Shown: positions 11,912 through 23,559 of the stretch, one piece after another | Position numbering within the stretch: the stretch's first letter is position 1 | Layout: each line of letters begins with the position of its first letter | Assembly: GCF_035084215.1 (NCBI RefSeq) | Contig: NC_090350.1 | Location: 43,338,001-43,402,000 of the forward strand | DNA from: Heptranchias perlo | Lineage: Eukaryota | Direction of reading: 5' to 3' | Length of the DNA: 64,000 nucleotides | The notes under the pieces: model-generated | Told to the model about the DNA's origin: nothing | What the model saw: only the letters and a program-made list of their open reading frames with translations | Database searches by the model: none | Position numbers and translations under genes: made by a program

Positions 11912-12859
11912 TTAGTTTAAACCCTCCCCAACAGCACTAGCAAACACTCCCCCTAGGACATTGGTTCCAGTCCTGCCCAGATGCAGACCGTCCAATTTGT
12001 ACTGGTCCCACCTCCCCCAGAACCGGTTCCAATGGCCCAGGAATTTGAATCCCTCCCTCTTGCACCATCTCTCAAGCCACGTATTCATCCTAGCTATCCT
12101 GTCATTCCTACTCTGACTAGCCCGTGGCACTGGTAGCAATCCTGAGATTACTACCTTTGAGGTCCTACTCTTTAGTTTAACTCCTAACTCCCTAAATTCA
12201 GCTTGTAGGACCTCATCCCGTTTTTTACCTATATCGTTGGTGCCTATATGCACCACGACAACTGGCTGTTCACCCTCCCCCTCCAGAATGTCCTGCAGCC
12301 GCTCCGAGACATCCCTGACCCTTGCACCAGGGAGGCAACATACCATCCTGGAGTCTCGGTTGCGTCCGCAGAAACGCCTGTCTATTCCCCTTACAATCGA
12401 GTCCCCTATCACTATAGCTCTGCCACTCTCTTTCCTGCCCTCCTGTGCAGCAGAGCCAGCCACGGTGCCATGAACCTGGCCGCTGCCACCTTCCCCTGGT
12501 GAGCCATCTCCCCCAACAGTATCCAAAACGGTATACCTGTTTTGGAGGGAGATGACTGCAGGGGACCCCTGCACTGCCTTTCTACTCTTCCTCTGTCTGT
12601 TGGTCACCCATTCACTATCTCCCTCAGTAATTTTTATCTGTGGTGTGACCAACTCACTGAACGTGCTATCCACGACTTCCTCAGCATCGCGGGTGCTCCA
12701 AAGTGAGTCCATCTGCAGCTCCAGAGCCGTCAAGCGGTCAAACAGTAGCTGCAGCTGGACACACTTCCCGCAGGTGAAGGAATCAGGGACACAGGAAGGA
12801 TCCCTGAATTCCCACATCCCGCAAGAGGAACATGACACGGCCCTGGGATCTCCTGCCAT
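11912..12859 (-). CDS. CR1 ORF1p: CxxC zinc finger/leucine zipper plus SGNH esterase-like domain, 315 aa intact
   Basis: CSSC...CGKC, LTALELQMDSL, IVIGDSIVR, HIGTND, DGLHL motifs. Confidence 0.9.
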   Translation of the reverse strand: MAGDPRAVSCSSCGMWEFRDPSCVPDSFTCGKCVQLQLLFDRLTALELQMDSLWSTRDAEEVVDSTFSELVTPQIKITEGDSEWVTNRQRKSRKAVQGSPAVISLQNRYTVLDTVGGDGSPGEGGSGQVHGTVAGSAAQEGRKESGRAIVIGDSIVRGIDRRFCGRNRDSRMVCCLPGARVRDVSERLQDILEGEGEQPVVVVHIGTNDIGKKRDEVLQAEFRELGVKLKSRTSKVVISGLLPVPRASQSRNDRIARMNTWLERWCKREGFKFLGHWNRFWGRWDQYKLDGLHLGRTGTNVLGGVFASAVGEGLN

Positions 12860-13187
12860 GACTTAACCCTTAAGTTAGCTTAACAACAACTACAATGTCA
12901 AGAGAGAAAAAAAAAGGAAAGAAAAACTACTTACCACTCCCTTTAAGAAGTTTACTCCTTTAAATTAAATTATTCTTAATTTAGAGAATGTCAACTACAC
13001 TAGGGACCTTGATTCACTAAAAAAAAACGCTACTTGCTATAAGACCTGCAAACCTTACCTTTCTTTTTACTTTAGTTACTGTAGATAAGTAGAAATACTC
13101 ACCTGAACCTACTCACCAATCAGGTGCCTCCCCTGTGTCGCGTCCCTTTCTGATTCCTGACGTCACTTCGAACTCTGTCGCAGCTCC

Positions 13188-13450
13188 CTCTGAAATCCCG
13201 CCTTTTTATGTGATGCTCCCTCTGCTCCGATCCGCTCCTTAGCTGTTCTCAGCGCTCTGAAATCCCGCCTTTTTATGCGATGCTCCCTCTGCTCCGATCC
13301 GCTCCTCTCAGCTGTTCTCAGCGCTCTGAAATCCCGCCTTTTTATGCGATGCTCCCTCTGCTCCAATCCGCTCCTCTCAGCTGTTCTCAGCGCTCTGAAA
13401 TCCCGCCTTTTTATGCGATGCTCCCTCTGCTCCGATCCGCTCCTCTCAGC
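13188..13450 (-). repeat. 69-bp tandem monomers (about 3.8 copies) in the CR1 5'UTR
   Basis: ctctgaaatcccgcc recurs at 13188, 13255, 13324 and 13393. Confidence 0.95.
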
Positions 13451-13980
13451 TTACGTTCAATTCTGGGCACCACATTTTAGGAAGGATGTCAAGGCCTTAG
13501 AGAAGGTGCAGAAGAGATTTACTAGAATGGTACCAGGGATGAGGGACTTCAGTTATGTGGAGAGATTGGAGAAGCTAGAGTTGTTCTCCTTAGAGCAGTG
13601 AAGGTTAAGGGGAGATTTGATAGAGGTGTTCAAAATCATGAACGGTTTTGATAGAGTAAATGAGGAGAAACTGTTTCCAGTGGCAGAAGGATTGGTAACC
13701 AGAGGACACAGAATTAAGGTGATCAGCAAAAGAGCCAGAGGCAATATAAGGAAACATTTTTTACACAGCGAGTTATAATGATCTGGAATGCGCTGCCTGA
13801 AAGGTTGGTGGAAGCAAATTCAATAGTAACTTTCAAAAGGAAATTGGATAAAAACTTGAAGGGAAAAAAATTACAGGGCTGTGGGAATGATACTAATTGG
13901 ATAGCACTTTCAAAGAGCCAGCATAGACACGATGGGCCAAATGGCCTCCTCCTATACTGTACGTACTATGTTACTATACG
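13451..13980 (+). mobile_element. Right part of the host CR1 (3' end)
   Basis: VQFWAPHFRKDVKALEKVQKRFTRM...; tail tactatgttactatac. Confidence 0.9.
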
Positions 13981-14197
13981 GCCCAGAGAGTACCTGGTAA
14001 ACAAATAAACCATTTAGATCAGATACCTGAAAGAACTCCTTCACACAAAGATTGAGAAATGTTTGCATTAATCTGCCCAGCCAGGAAGTCAAGACACAGA
14101 TTTTAGGGACACTGGAAACGTGGCTGGATGCCAGGCTGGGAGAGTTGGAACATTAGAGCGACGAGCTTCAGTGGGAAATTGGCCTCTTTTCATCCTT

Positions 14198-14375
14198 GGG
14201 GGTAATTTTGACTTTGGATAAAACATGCAATGTAGGCTCAGCAACCCATTGAACATCTCTCCTGATCTTCGTTTCCATTGACTTCAATTGAAACTGAAAT
14301 GGGGAGAGGTGTTTAACGGGGGGCTGAGCCAATATCTGCCAATATACACTATCATCCAAAGTCAAAATTACCCCC
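14198..14375. mobile_element. Palindromic MITE (Harbinger/Tourist-like), 3-bp TSD CTT
   Basis: TIRs gggggtaattttgactttggat / atccaaagtcaaaattaccccc; ctt on both flanks. Confidence 0.85.
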
Positions 14376-14489
14376 CTTGACTTTTTCTTGCTCTTGTGCC
14401 TCTGGAGAACATGTGTATGTACAGTTGGTGTGAGACTGAACCTAGCGAAACTCCTCTTTTGGTTCCCTAATATCTGCTTTCTCTCCTAG

Positions 14490-14560
14490 GTACTGGGAAG
14501 CAAGTCAGAAGACGCAGCATTGTGGCCGGACCTGAGTGTGCTCTCAGAGAGATCGGTCCA
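14490..14560 (+). CDS. CNKSR1: CNKSR1 probable linker exon (VLGSKSEDAALWPDLSVLSERSV)
   Basis: Strong pyrimidine tract ctttctctcctag|, donor |gttagt; 71 nt phase 0-2, exactly the phase needed to join exon 7751-7897 to exon 19376; no recognisable motif. Confidence 0.65.
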
Positions 14561-15139
14561 GTTAGTGCCAATTTAATTCCTTTCTTCTCTGGGGAAGTTG
14601 TGCTTTACTTGGTGCCTGCAAAAGTTGCCCCGCTCCAGTTTCAGATTGCCAGGAAGCTGGTTAGTGATCCAGGCTCACTCGTGCCGATGGGCTCGGTACC
14701 AAAGTCATTGGCAAATTTATGATCCATTCTGCTTTTGTCAGTTTTGGCTGCCTTTCAATCGGAAGTACATTTGGGACTGGCCAGATAGACTGTAGTGGTA
14801 TTTGTCAGTCCTGTACATTCCTAAATTGGTCAGCTGTGGATGAGTTGAGTTAGATCAAGTCCCTACTATGGAGCAGCTCTTGGTCTGATTGATGTGAAAA
14901 AGTGAATGAGCAGCCTGCTAGCTGCAATGGCAGAACTGTGAGCTCCTGAGGAGGAGAACTGGGCCTGAAGTCCAGCATGGCCTTCACCCTTCGGCTATCT
15001 CCATGAGCACGAGCCAAACATTGATCTCTTCCTTCATAGTCCACTTGCAGAGTGAATGTACTTTGTTTCTCATCTAAACCACAGAAAGAAATGATGGGCC
15101 AAACCCCAAATTTGTTGTTTACTTACCTCCCCGACAAGG

Positions 15140-15800
15140 TTAGAAAAAATATCTTTATGCAGAGGGTGATTAGAATGTGGAATTCTCTGCCAGAAACCCT
15201 TGTTGAAGTAGAGTTCATGGAGTGGATGGTTGTAAAAGAGGAAGATTAAAGTGTATGGGGAGTGAGCAGGAGAGTGGGATTAGACTGCATGGGATATCAA
15301 AGGGAATGGGGAGCAAGCAGGAGAGTGGAGTTAGACTAGATGGCTCATGTGGAACATAAGAATTAGGAGCAGGAGTGAGCCATACGGCCCCTCGAGTCTG
15401 CTCCGCCATTTGATAAGATCATGGCTGATCTTCGACCTCAACTCCACTTTCCCGTCCGATTCCCATATCCCTTGATGCCCCTAGAGTCCAAAAATCTATC
15501 TATCTCAGTCTTGAATATACTCAACGACTCAGCATCCACAGCCCTTTAGGGTAGAGAATTCCAAAGATTCACAACCCTCTGAGTGAAGAAATTCCTCCTC
15601 ATCTCAGTCTTAAATGGCCGACCCCTTATTCTGAGACTATGCCCCCTAGTTCTAGACTGTCCAGCCAGGGGAAACAACCTTTCAGCATCTACCCTATCAA
15701 GCCCCCTCAGAATCAATGAGACCACCTCTCATTCTTCTAAACTCCAGGAGAAAAACACCACACTGACTTAATGGTCAAACGGCCTATTTCTGTGCTAGAA
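15140..15800. mobile_element. Nested CR1 3' fragments (+ strand host; - strand insert at about 15352-15745)
   Basis: FMQRVIRMWNSLPE on +; aacataagaattaggagcagg tail and CR1 3' ORF on -. Confidence 0.8.
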
Positions 15801-16091
15801 AGTTCTTATTCTTCACTAAACCTGCTGTTCTTTGGGTTAGGCAGCCAGTTAGTCCCACTGTATGGCCCTTGTTTAGATTATGAATAAAAATAAAGAAGAA
15901 TCCCAGCTCCCTAATGGCTTGTCAAGTTTATCCAGTGAATCACTGATCCACACTGACCAGGAAGGCCCCAGGCTCAGTCCCCAGTCGGTGCTGATTTATG
16001 GTCAGCAGTAGAGGTGTTATGGTTGATCTCATCATACTGGCTTAGGGACGGGAAAATTAGCCAGGATTCCTGCTGCTGTTGGGTATTCAGT

Positions 16092-16260
16092 GACCTCTCT
16101 GCTGGGGAACGTGTATGTGGACCTCTCTGCTGGGGAACGTGTATGTGGACCTCTCTGCTGGGGAACGTGTATGTGGACCTCTCTGCTGGGGAACGTGTAT
16201 GTGGACCTCTCTGCTGGGGAACGTGTATGTGGACCTCTCTGCTGGGGAATGTGTATGTGG
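16092..16260. repeat. 28-bp minisatellite, 6 copies, inside a SINE-like element
   Basis: Unit acctctctgctggggaacgtgtatgtgg. Confidence 0.95.
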
Positions 16261-16339
16261 TCTTCAGTGAGCACACAATCAGCATGGCTGTGATGCTCCC
16301 TGCATTGATTAGCCTGTCAATCCTCTTTGTCAAGGTGTA

Positions 16340-18076
16340 GATTAAACAAATACTTTGGTTCTGTCTTCACAGAAGAGGACACAAATAACTTCCCAGAAAT
16401 GCTAGGGAACCAAGGGACTAGTGAGAAGGAGGAATTAAAGGAAATTAGTATTAGTAAAAAAATAGTGCTGGAGAAATTAATGGGACTGAAAGTCGATAAA
16501 TCCCCAGGACCTGATAATCTGCATCCCAGAGTACTAAAAGAGGTAGCCATGGAAATAGTTGGATGCATTAGTTGTCATCTTCCAAAATTCTATAGATTAT
16601 GGAACAGTTCCTGCAAATTGGAGGGTGGCAAATGTAACCCCACTATTTAAAAAAGGAGGGAAGAGAGAAAACGGGGAACTACAGCCCAGTTAGCCTAACA
16701 TCAGTAGTAGGGAAAATGCTAGAATCCATTATAAAGGATGTGATAACAGGACACTTAGAAAATATCAACGGGATTAGACAAAGTCAATATGGATTTATGA
16801 AAGGGAAATCATGTTTGACAAACCTACTGGAGTTTTTTGAGGATGTAACTGGTAGAACAGATAAGGGAGAACCAGTGGATGTGCTTTATTTGGATTTTCA
16901 GACGGCCTTTGATAAAGTCCCACATAAGAAGTTAGTGCGCAAAATTAAAGCACATGGGATTGGGGGTAACATACTGGCATGGATTGAAAATTGGTTAACA
17001 GACAGGAAACAGAGAGTAGGAATAAATGGGTCTTTTTCAGGGTGGCAGACGGTGACTAGTGGGGTACCGCAGGGATCAGTGCTTGGGCCCCAGCTATTCA
17101 CAATATATATCAATGATTTGGATGAGGGAACCAAATGTAATGTTTCCAGGTTTGCTGATGACACAAAACTAGGTGGGATTATGAGTTGTGAGGAGGATGC
17201 AAAGAGGCTTCAAGGCGATTTAGATAAGTTGAGTGAGTGGGCAAATACATGGCTGATGCAGTATAATGTGGATAAATGTGAAGTTATCCACTTCGGAAGG
17301 AAAAACAGAAAGGCAGAGTATTATTTAAATGGTGATAGATTGGGGAATGTTGATGTACAAAGGACCTGGGTGTCCTTGTACATCAGTCACTGAAAGCAAA
17401 CATGCAGGTGCAGCAAGCAGTTAGGAAGGCAAATGGTATGTTGGCCTTCATTGCAAGAGGATTTGAGTATAGGAGCAAGGATGTCTTACTGCAGTTTTAC
17501 AGGGCCTTGGTGAGACCACACCTGGAGTATTGTGTGCAGTTTTGGTCTCCTTACCTAAGAAAGGATATACTTGCCTTAGAGGGAGTGCAGCGAAGGTTCA
17601 CCAGACTGATTCCTGGGATGGCAGGACTGTCGTATGAGGAGAGATTGGGTCAAGTAGGCCTGTATTCACTAGAGTTTAGAAGAATGAGAAGGATCTCATT
17701 GAAACATATAAAATTCTGACAGGGCTAGACAGACTGGATGCAGGGAGGATGTTTCCCCTGGCTGGGGGGGTCCAGAACACGGGGTCACAGTCTCAGGATA
17801 CGGGGTAGGACATTTAGGACTGAGATGAGGAGAAATTTCTTCACTCAGGGTGGTGAACCTGTGGAATTCTCTACCACAGAAGGCTGTGGAGGCCAAGTCA
17901 CTGAATATATTTAAGAAGGAGCTGGATAGATTTCTAGACACAAAAGGCATCAAGGGATATGGGGAGAGAGCGGAAATATGGTATTGAGATAGAGGATCAG
18001 CCATGATCATATTGAATGGCGGAGCAGGCTCAAAGGGCCGAATGGCCTACTCCTGCTCCTACTTTCTATGTTTCTA
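16340..18076 (+). mobile_element. 5'-truncated CR1 (RT to 3' tail), frameshifted
   Basis: ORFs 16327, 16716, 17402 with [16 protein letters not shown]; tail ttctatgtttcta. Confidence 0.95.
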
Positions 18077-18439
18077 GACATGAGTAGTAGCCACTTGGGA
18101 GAGATGCCAGAGGGAATGCGCATGCAATGGGTCATTGCCTTCAGGAAAGGAGGGGGGAAATCAGGGAGCAAAAAAGATGAATTCTGATTGGCTGTAAACT
18201 GTTGTAAAACTCTTGACATTTTCCACAACTGAATGAAACTGGAACACAGCACCCTATGCAGTTGTAGGATATTGGCTGTTCCCTCTCCTCTTCTTGTTCC
18301 CCAGCAAAAGAATGCAAACGAATGCTACTGTGGAGCAGGATTATCCCAGCTTCCATGCAGAAAGTTAAAAAGCCCGATTAAAATAGAACTGTTGACCCTA
18401 TAGTTTTTCCTCCTCTGGAGAAGGGATGAGCCTTCATAG

Positions 18440-18830
18440 TATTATAGAATCTTGCAGCACAAAAAAAAGGCCATCGTGTATGTGTCAGCTCTTTGAAAGC
18501 TATCCAATTAGTCCCACTCCCCTGCTCTTTTCCCCATAGCCCTGTAAATTTTTTCCCTCAAGTATTTATCCAATTCCCTTTTGAAAGTTACTGTTGAATC
18601 TGCTTCCACCGACCTTTCAGGCAGCGCATTCCAGATCATAACTTGCTGCGTAAAAAATGTTCCCTCATGTCACCTCTGGTTCTTTTGCCAATTACCGTAA
18701 ATCTGTATATTCTGATTACGGACCCTTCTGCCACTGGAAACAGTTTCTTCTTATTTATTCTATCAAAACCATTCATTATTTTGAACATCTCTATCAAATC
18801 TCCCCTTAACCTTCTCCGCTCTAAGAAATG
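18440..18830 (-). mobile_element. CR1 3' fragment
   Basis: [16 protein letters not shown]. Confidence 0.85.
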
Positions 18831-19375
18831 CAACAATGTCCACAACAATGATTGAAGCAGCTGTGTGTGTGAAGAGTTGCAGGTTCAGACACACGCCACA
18901 TCCATGGTGCAGCGTTTCTGCATGACCCTCAAGCAAGACATTAACTGGCGTTGTGTCTCTCAACAAAATGTAAGTGAATAACAGGGTAGAGATCTGGCTG
19001 CCTGCCAGTCAGTCCTTAGTTTTGGATGCACTATTATCCAGGTGAAGGCTCTCCTTCCTGTTCAATATTAGAAAGTACAGTTAGAAGCCTTTCAAACTCC
19101 TAAGATTTTGTTTACACCACTCTCTGTTTCATCGTTTTGTTGCATGATCTCATATGCAGTATTGCGGCCTTCCTTCTCAGTGTGTTCTCACAGTGAGCAT
19201 GCCCCCTGATCTCCTGATGCCCCTTTATCCCTGGTACACCATTCTTATTTATTTTTGTTCCTCCAAAAAACTGCAGTGAATGAGGTCACAAATAACTTTT
19301 CCAAATTAAAAAGAAACGCACATGATTTACTTAAAACCAGAAGTGGCAAAGACTGTTTCCTCCTTTTTATTTCAG

Positions 19376-19563
19376 GCATTCTCGGAGAGAGAAAGTGGGG
19401 CTCCAGCAGGTCACACACCTCGATTCCAACTCCTCTGAATCCAATGCAGACTGTGAGGACAAGGATCAGTCAGTGCTGCCTGACTCCGACTCTGAAACTG
19501 GGACTGTGAGTGATGGTGGAGAAGGGGATCAGGTGCAGCCAATACAACAGTCTCACACTGAGG
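19376..19563 (+). CDS. CNKSR1: CNKSR1 acidic/Ser-rich linker exon
   Basis: tttttatttcag| ... |gtaagg, 188 nt phase 2-1, open frame HSRREKVGLQQVTHLDSNSSES...SHTE. Confidence 0.8.
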
Positions 19564-20164
19564 GTAAGGAGGAACTTTGGTATATCTATATGCACGCACA
19601 CGCACATGGCACACACACCGACTGATTTTTGTTGGGAATTGTCAAGTGCTGGATTCTTGTTCCGAAGGAGTGAGACCCAAGTCCTGATTGTTATTCGAAT
19701 ATGATTTCTCTCAGTCAGACTGTGAGGGACATGACTCCCTGGTACTGGTTTATTATATATCTTGGGCGGGTGGGGGGGCGGGGGGGAGAGAATAGAAGAA
19801 ACCAGAAAGCTAAGATCCCAATGCACGGAAGTTTAGTTAGTCAGGTAATCGTGTAGCAATATTAATGAAGCCCATCAACATCCATGACCCAGACTTTCCA
19901 GATTTCAAGGCTAAAGGTGGAAATGTGGTGAGAGTAAGCAGCGGCAGACAAAAGTGTGCGTGTGTTGAGAACATGTGGTAATGGGATAAATGTTTTGAAA
20001 AGGAGCTTCAGAATACGGTGGAATCACTGCTTGTGGTGATGGTGAAGATGTCGTGCTCAATTTTTAAATGCCCAAACCTGCATTATATTAGATGCCTTAT
20101 TTATTCAATTCCTTGTAGTGATCAGCACAAGTCAGTTGTACTAATCACTTTCATTTACTTTTTT

Positions 20165-20545
20165 TATTTGTTCTCAGGGTGTGGGCTTCGCTGGCAAGGT
20201 AGGTATTTATTGCCCATCCCTTGACTAATAAGGTAGTGGTGGATCTTCACCTTTAACTGCTGCAGCCCATGTGGTGTTAGATAGGGACTATTGAACCAGT
20301 GAAGATGAAAGAACAGCATTTTATGTCCAAGTCAGGATGATGTGTAATTTGGATGTGATGATTGCAGTGGAGGCAGGTGCTGTTGAACTAATCTTGGTGA
20401 GTTGCTGCAGTGCATCCTGTAGATCATACATACTGCAACCACAGTGCACCGGTGATGGAAGGGGTGGATATTAAGTCCAGTGACTGGGGCATTGGTCAAG
20501 TGAACTACTCTGTCCTGGATGGTGTCGAGTTTTTGAGTGTTGCGG
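20165..20545 (-). mobile_element. HER1-like LINE 3' fragment (old)
   Basis: tttattgcccatcc tail, gagttgctgcagtgcatcctgt block. Confidence 0.7.
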
Positions 20546-21128
20546 CTTTACTATGAAGGAAATTTCCAACTTGTACAGTGACCAGCTGGTCATACACGCT
20601 CCATTCTACTTTGCTCACCAGCATGGTTTAAAATTAGATTCTGAGATGCAGAGCACATGATAGCTAAAGCCAGCTGGTTATAGTAACATACTCCTGTAAC
20701 TGCTGGTGAGTGGAAATATGACTGGGCAAGCCTTCAGGAACACTGGGACTCAGGTGGCTGTGGCAGTCTTCTATACAACCAGTGCTACTGAGTATTTAGT
20801 TTACTGAATACGTTGTGGTTTGGATCTCTCATTGGGTGTGGACTTACTATATTATACAATAACATGCTACGTGTTACTGAGTATACATGTGTGTATATAT
20901 AGAGAGATACGTATAGTGCACATCCGTGGGGGTCGCACTTTATTGTACATCATGCCTTAAAAGTCCTCATTGGTTCAGATAGCCACTATCTGTTAACATC
21001 GCTGATTGATCAAATGCCCCATGTCATTGTGTTAAATTTGATGTTTTTTGTAGTATTATTGTGGTAGCTGTCTGTTTAAACCCATCCATTGTGCATGTGG
21101 AGTTCACCGTCAGCTAGTCAGAAATCTT

Positions 21129-23150
21129 GGGCCCGATATTACCAGGGCGGCGGGGGGGGGGTGCGATTGGGCGCGTGGGTAACGCACCCGGTGAAATCAG
21201 TCTGCCCCGAATGCAATCGCAGACTAATTGGATCCACTACCTCTTGTTCTGGGTTCCCCGCTGCTGAGCTGCGCGGACTGCGCGTGCATAGTAAGGTCTG
21301 TCAGCTGGAGGAGCTCTATTTAAAGGGGCAGTCCTCCACTGACTGATGCTGCAAGAAATAGGAAAAATTACAGCATGGAGCAGCCCAGGGGGAAGGCTGC
21401 TCCCAGGTTAATGATGCCTCACTCCAGCTCTTATTGGATGGGGTGCGGAGGAGGGAGAGGACAGAGATCTTCCCCCTAGTAGGCGGGAGGAAGCGGCCTG
21501 CCTCTGTCACCAAGAAGGCCTGGCTCGAGGTGGCAGAGGAGGTCACCTGCACCACCAACATATCGCGCACCTGCATACAGGAGGCGCTGCAATGACCTAA
21601 GTAGGTCAGCCAAAGTGAGTACACTTACTCATTCCCCTACACTCCGTCTGCCACATCACCGCCCCCACCTCACACCTCCATCTGCACTGCCAACACTACT
21701 CTGTCACATCACCCCTCACACCCACTCAAACCTCATCCTCATCTTACCTGCACTTACTCACCTCGCAAGTACTCATCCCGTCACTACCACTCAACCCAAT
21801 CCTCATACAATCTCATGGCTCTATCTCATACTCACCCTCTCATGCATCTCTTTCAGTCAGCCTCACTCAACCTGCCACTACCTGTGCTGCAGCCACAGGG
21901 CATGCATCACATATGTGCAGTAGGAAGCGTAAGGCAAACGTGTCGTGAGCATGAAGGGGATGCACAAGGGTGTTTGAGGGTTTGTCATGGTTTTTACTTC
22001 TATTTAATTTCTGATCAACTCACATTACATATTATATTGGCACCACTACTGCCACGTCTTTGCGAATCTTGTCTGGTCTGTGCAATAATGCCCTTTCCTG
22101 AGGATCACAGTGAAGACCCACACCTGATGCCACCCATTGTGTTACTGCAGAGTGGGTGTAGGTGTATTTGCAGGGCTCTTTTGTGCAGACGACTGAGGGA
22201 CGTCGGCGATGTCCCCGATGGCACCCTGGAAGGATGCGGAGGAGAAGTTGTTGAGGGCAGTGGTGACTTTGACAGCGACAGGTAAGAAGATGGTGCTCGG
22301 GCCAGCCGGGAGCAGCTCGGCATGAAGGAGGCTGCAGATGTCAACGACTACATGTCGAATGACTCTGAGCCTCCGTGTGCACTGCTGCTCAGAGAGGTCC
22401 AGGAAGCTGAGCCTCAGTCTGTGGACCCTATGGCGAGGGTAGTGCCCTCTGTGATGCATCTCTCTCTGCCGTTGCCCTCCCTCCTGCTGTGCAGGTGAAT
22501 GTGTCACAGCACTGTGTTGTGGAGCTCCACGTGTCAGAGGTGGCCGGCGAGGCTGGTGATGTTGTTCAGCCTCCGAGGAGGTCATGACTGCAGCTATGGA
22601 GGCCCCCATCCGGCAGATGTACATCTGAGGGGGTCCGCAAGGTAGGTACATGTGCCTGGACCCTGGGGTAAGTGTGCAAGTTGGTGAATTTTGTTGTTAG
22701 GAGGAGGGTGGTGGAGGCCAAACTTTGTCCAAAGTGACAGAGTGGCCTCCTGCAATGAGTGAGGGTTTCCCCCCTCCACCTGTCAAATGGACCTTTGCAG
22801 CTGCCACAGGCTGATAGCTGCAACACGTCCATTTGAACTGGGAGTGTTTCTCCCAGTACGGGAAACAGTCTCAGTTGTTTGTAAAATCCCAACCCTCCTA
22901 AAATATCTATATTAATCAGGTCTGTAAACGACCTGAAATACCAAGATAAATAGCTTAAGTGGCACCCCGCCGGCTTTAATTGCCGGCGGGAGTCCCACAT
23001 GCGGGGGGCTGCGCGCGCATGTCAGCGCGTCTGTAGGAAACCCGGAAGTGGGCGGGTTGGAGCCGGGCTGCCGCTCCGCCCTGGGAATCCCCGATTTTCG
23101 GAGCCTCCCCGCCAGGAACGCACCTGATCGCGGGTGCTAAAATCATGCCC
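21129..23150. mobile_element. Non-autonomous Harbinger copy A (Myb gene remnant on +, transposase N-terminus on -)
   Basis: Imperfect TIRs gggcccgatatta / taaaatcatgccc, flanks ctt/cct; Myb exon 21375-21614 (frameshifted); LPVAVKVTTALNNFSSASFQG resembles the HARBI1 HTH region. Confidence 0.85.
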
Positions 23151-23559
23151 CCTGTATCAAGCCTTTCCCGATGCAATGATGCAAGTTTCATCAGTGACAG
23201 GATTGAGAGGCATAATGAAAATGTGAACAGGGCTGTGCGGTTGGTTCAGTTTGTAGCCAACCGTTCCTTTTTGAATTTGACAATTCAAAATCCAGGATGT
23301 CTCGGTAATTCTTTTCCAGCATATTAAAAAGATAGTTCTGTTTGAATCAGAGAGATAGTTGGGACAAATCTCAAGAAGCAGCCAGTGGAAATTTGAAAAA
23401 GGCTGACCATTGGAAATTCCTGGAAGAAAAGAGAAACTCACTGTCTATTTAAGTCATTTATCAAAGATTAGATTAGTTTGTCGAGTTGAGGGAGGCAATT
23501 TTCAATGTCAGCTCCTGGGTGGGAACCAGCAGAGCGGATCACCCGCCTGATTTTCATTC

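Larger units (their letters stand above)
8896..13450 (-). mobile_element. Full-length CR1 LINE (5'UTR monomers, ORF1, ORF2, ttctatgattcta tail), possible TTA target duplication
   Basis: Both ORFs, tail at 8896, host CR1 resumes in register at 13451; tta at 8893-8895 and 13451-13453. Confidence 0.95.
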
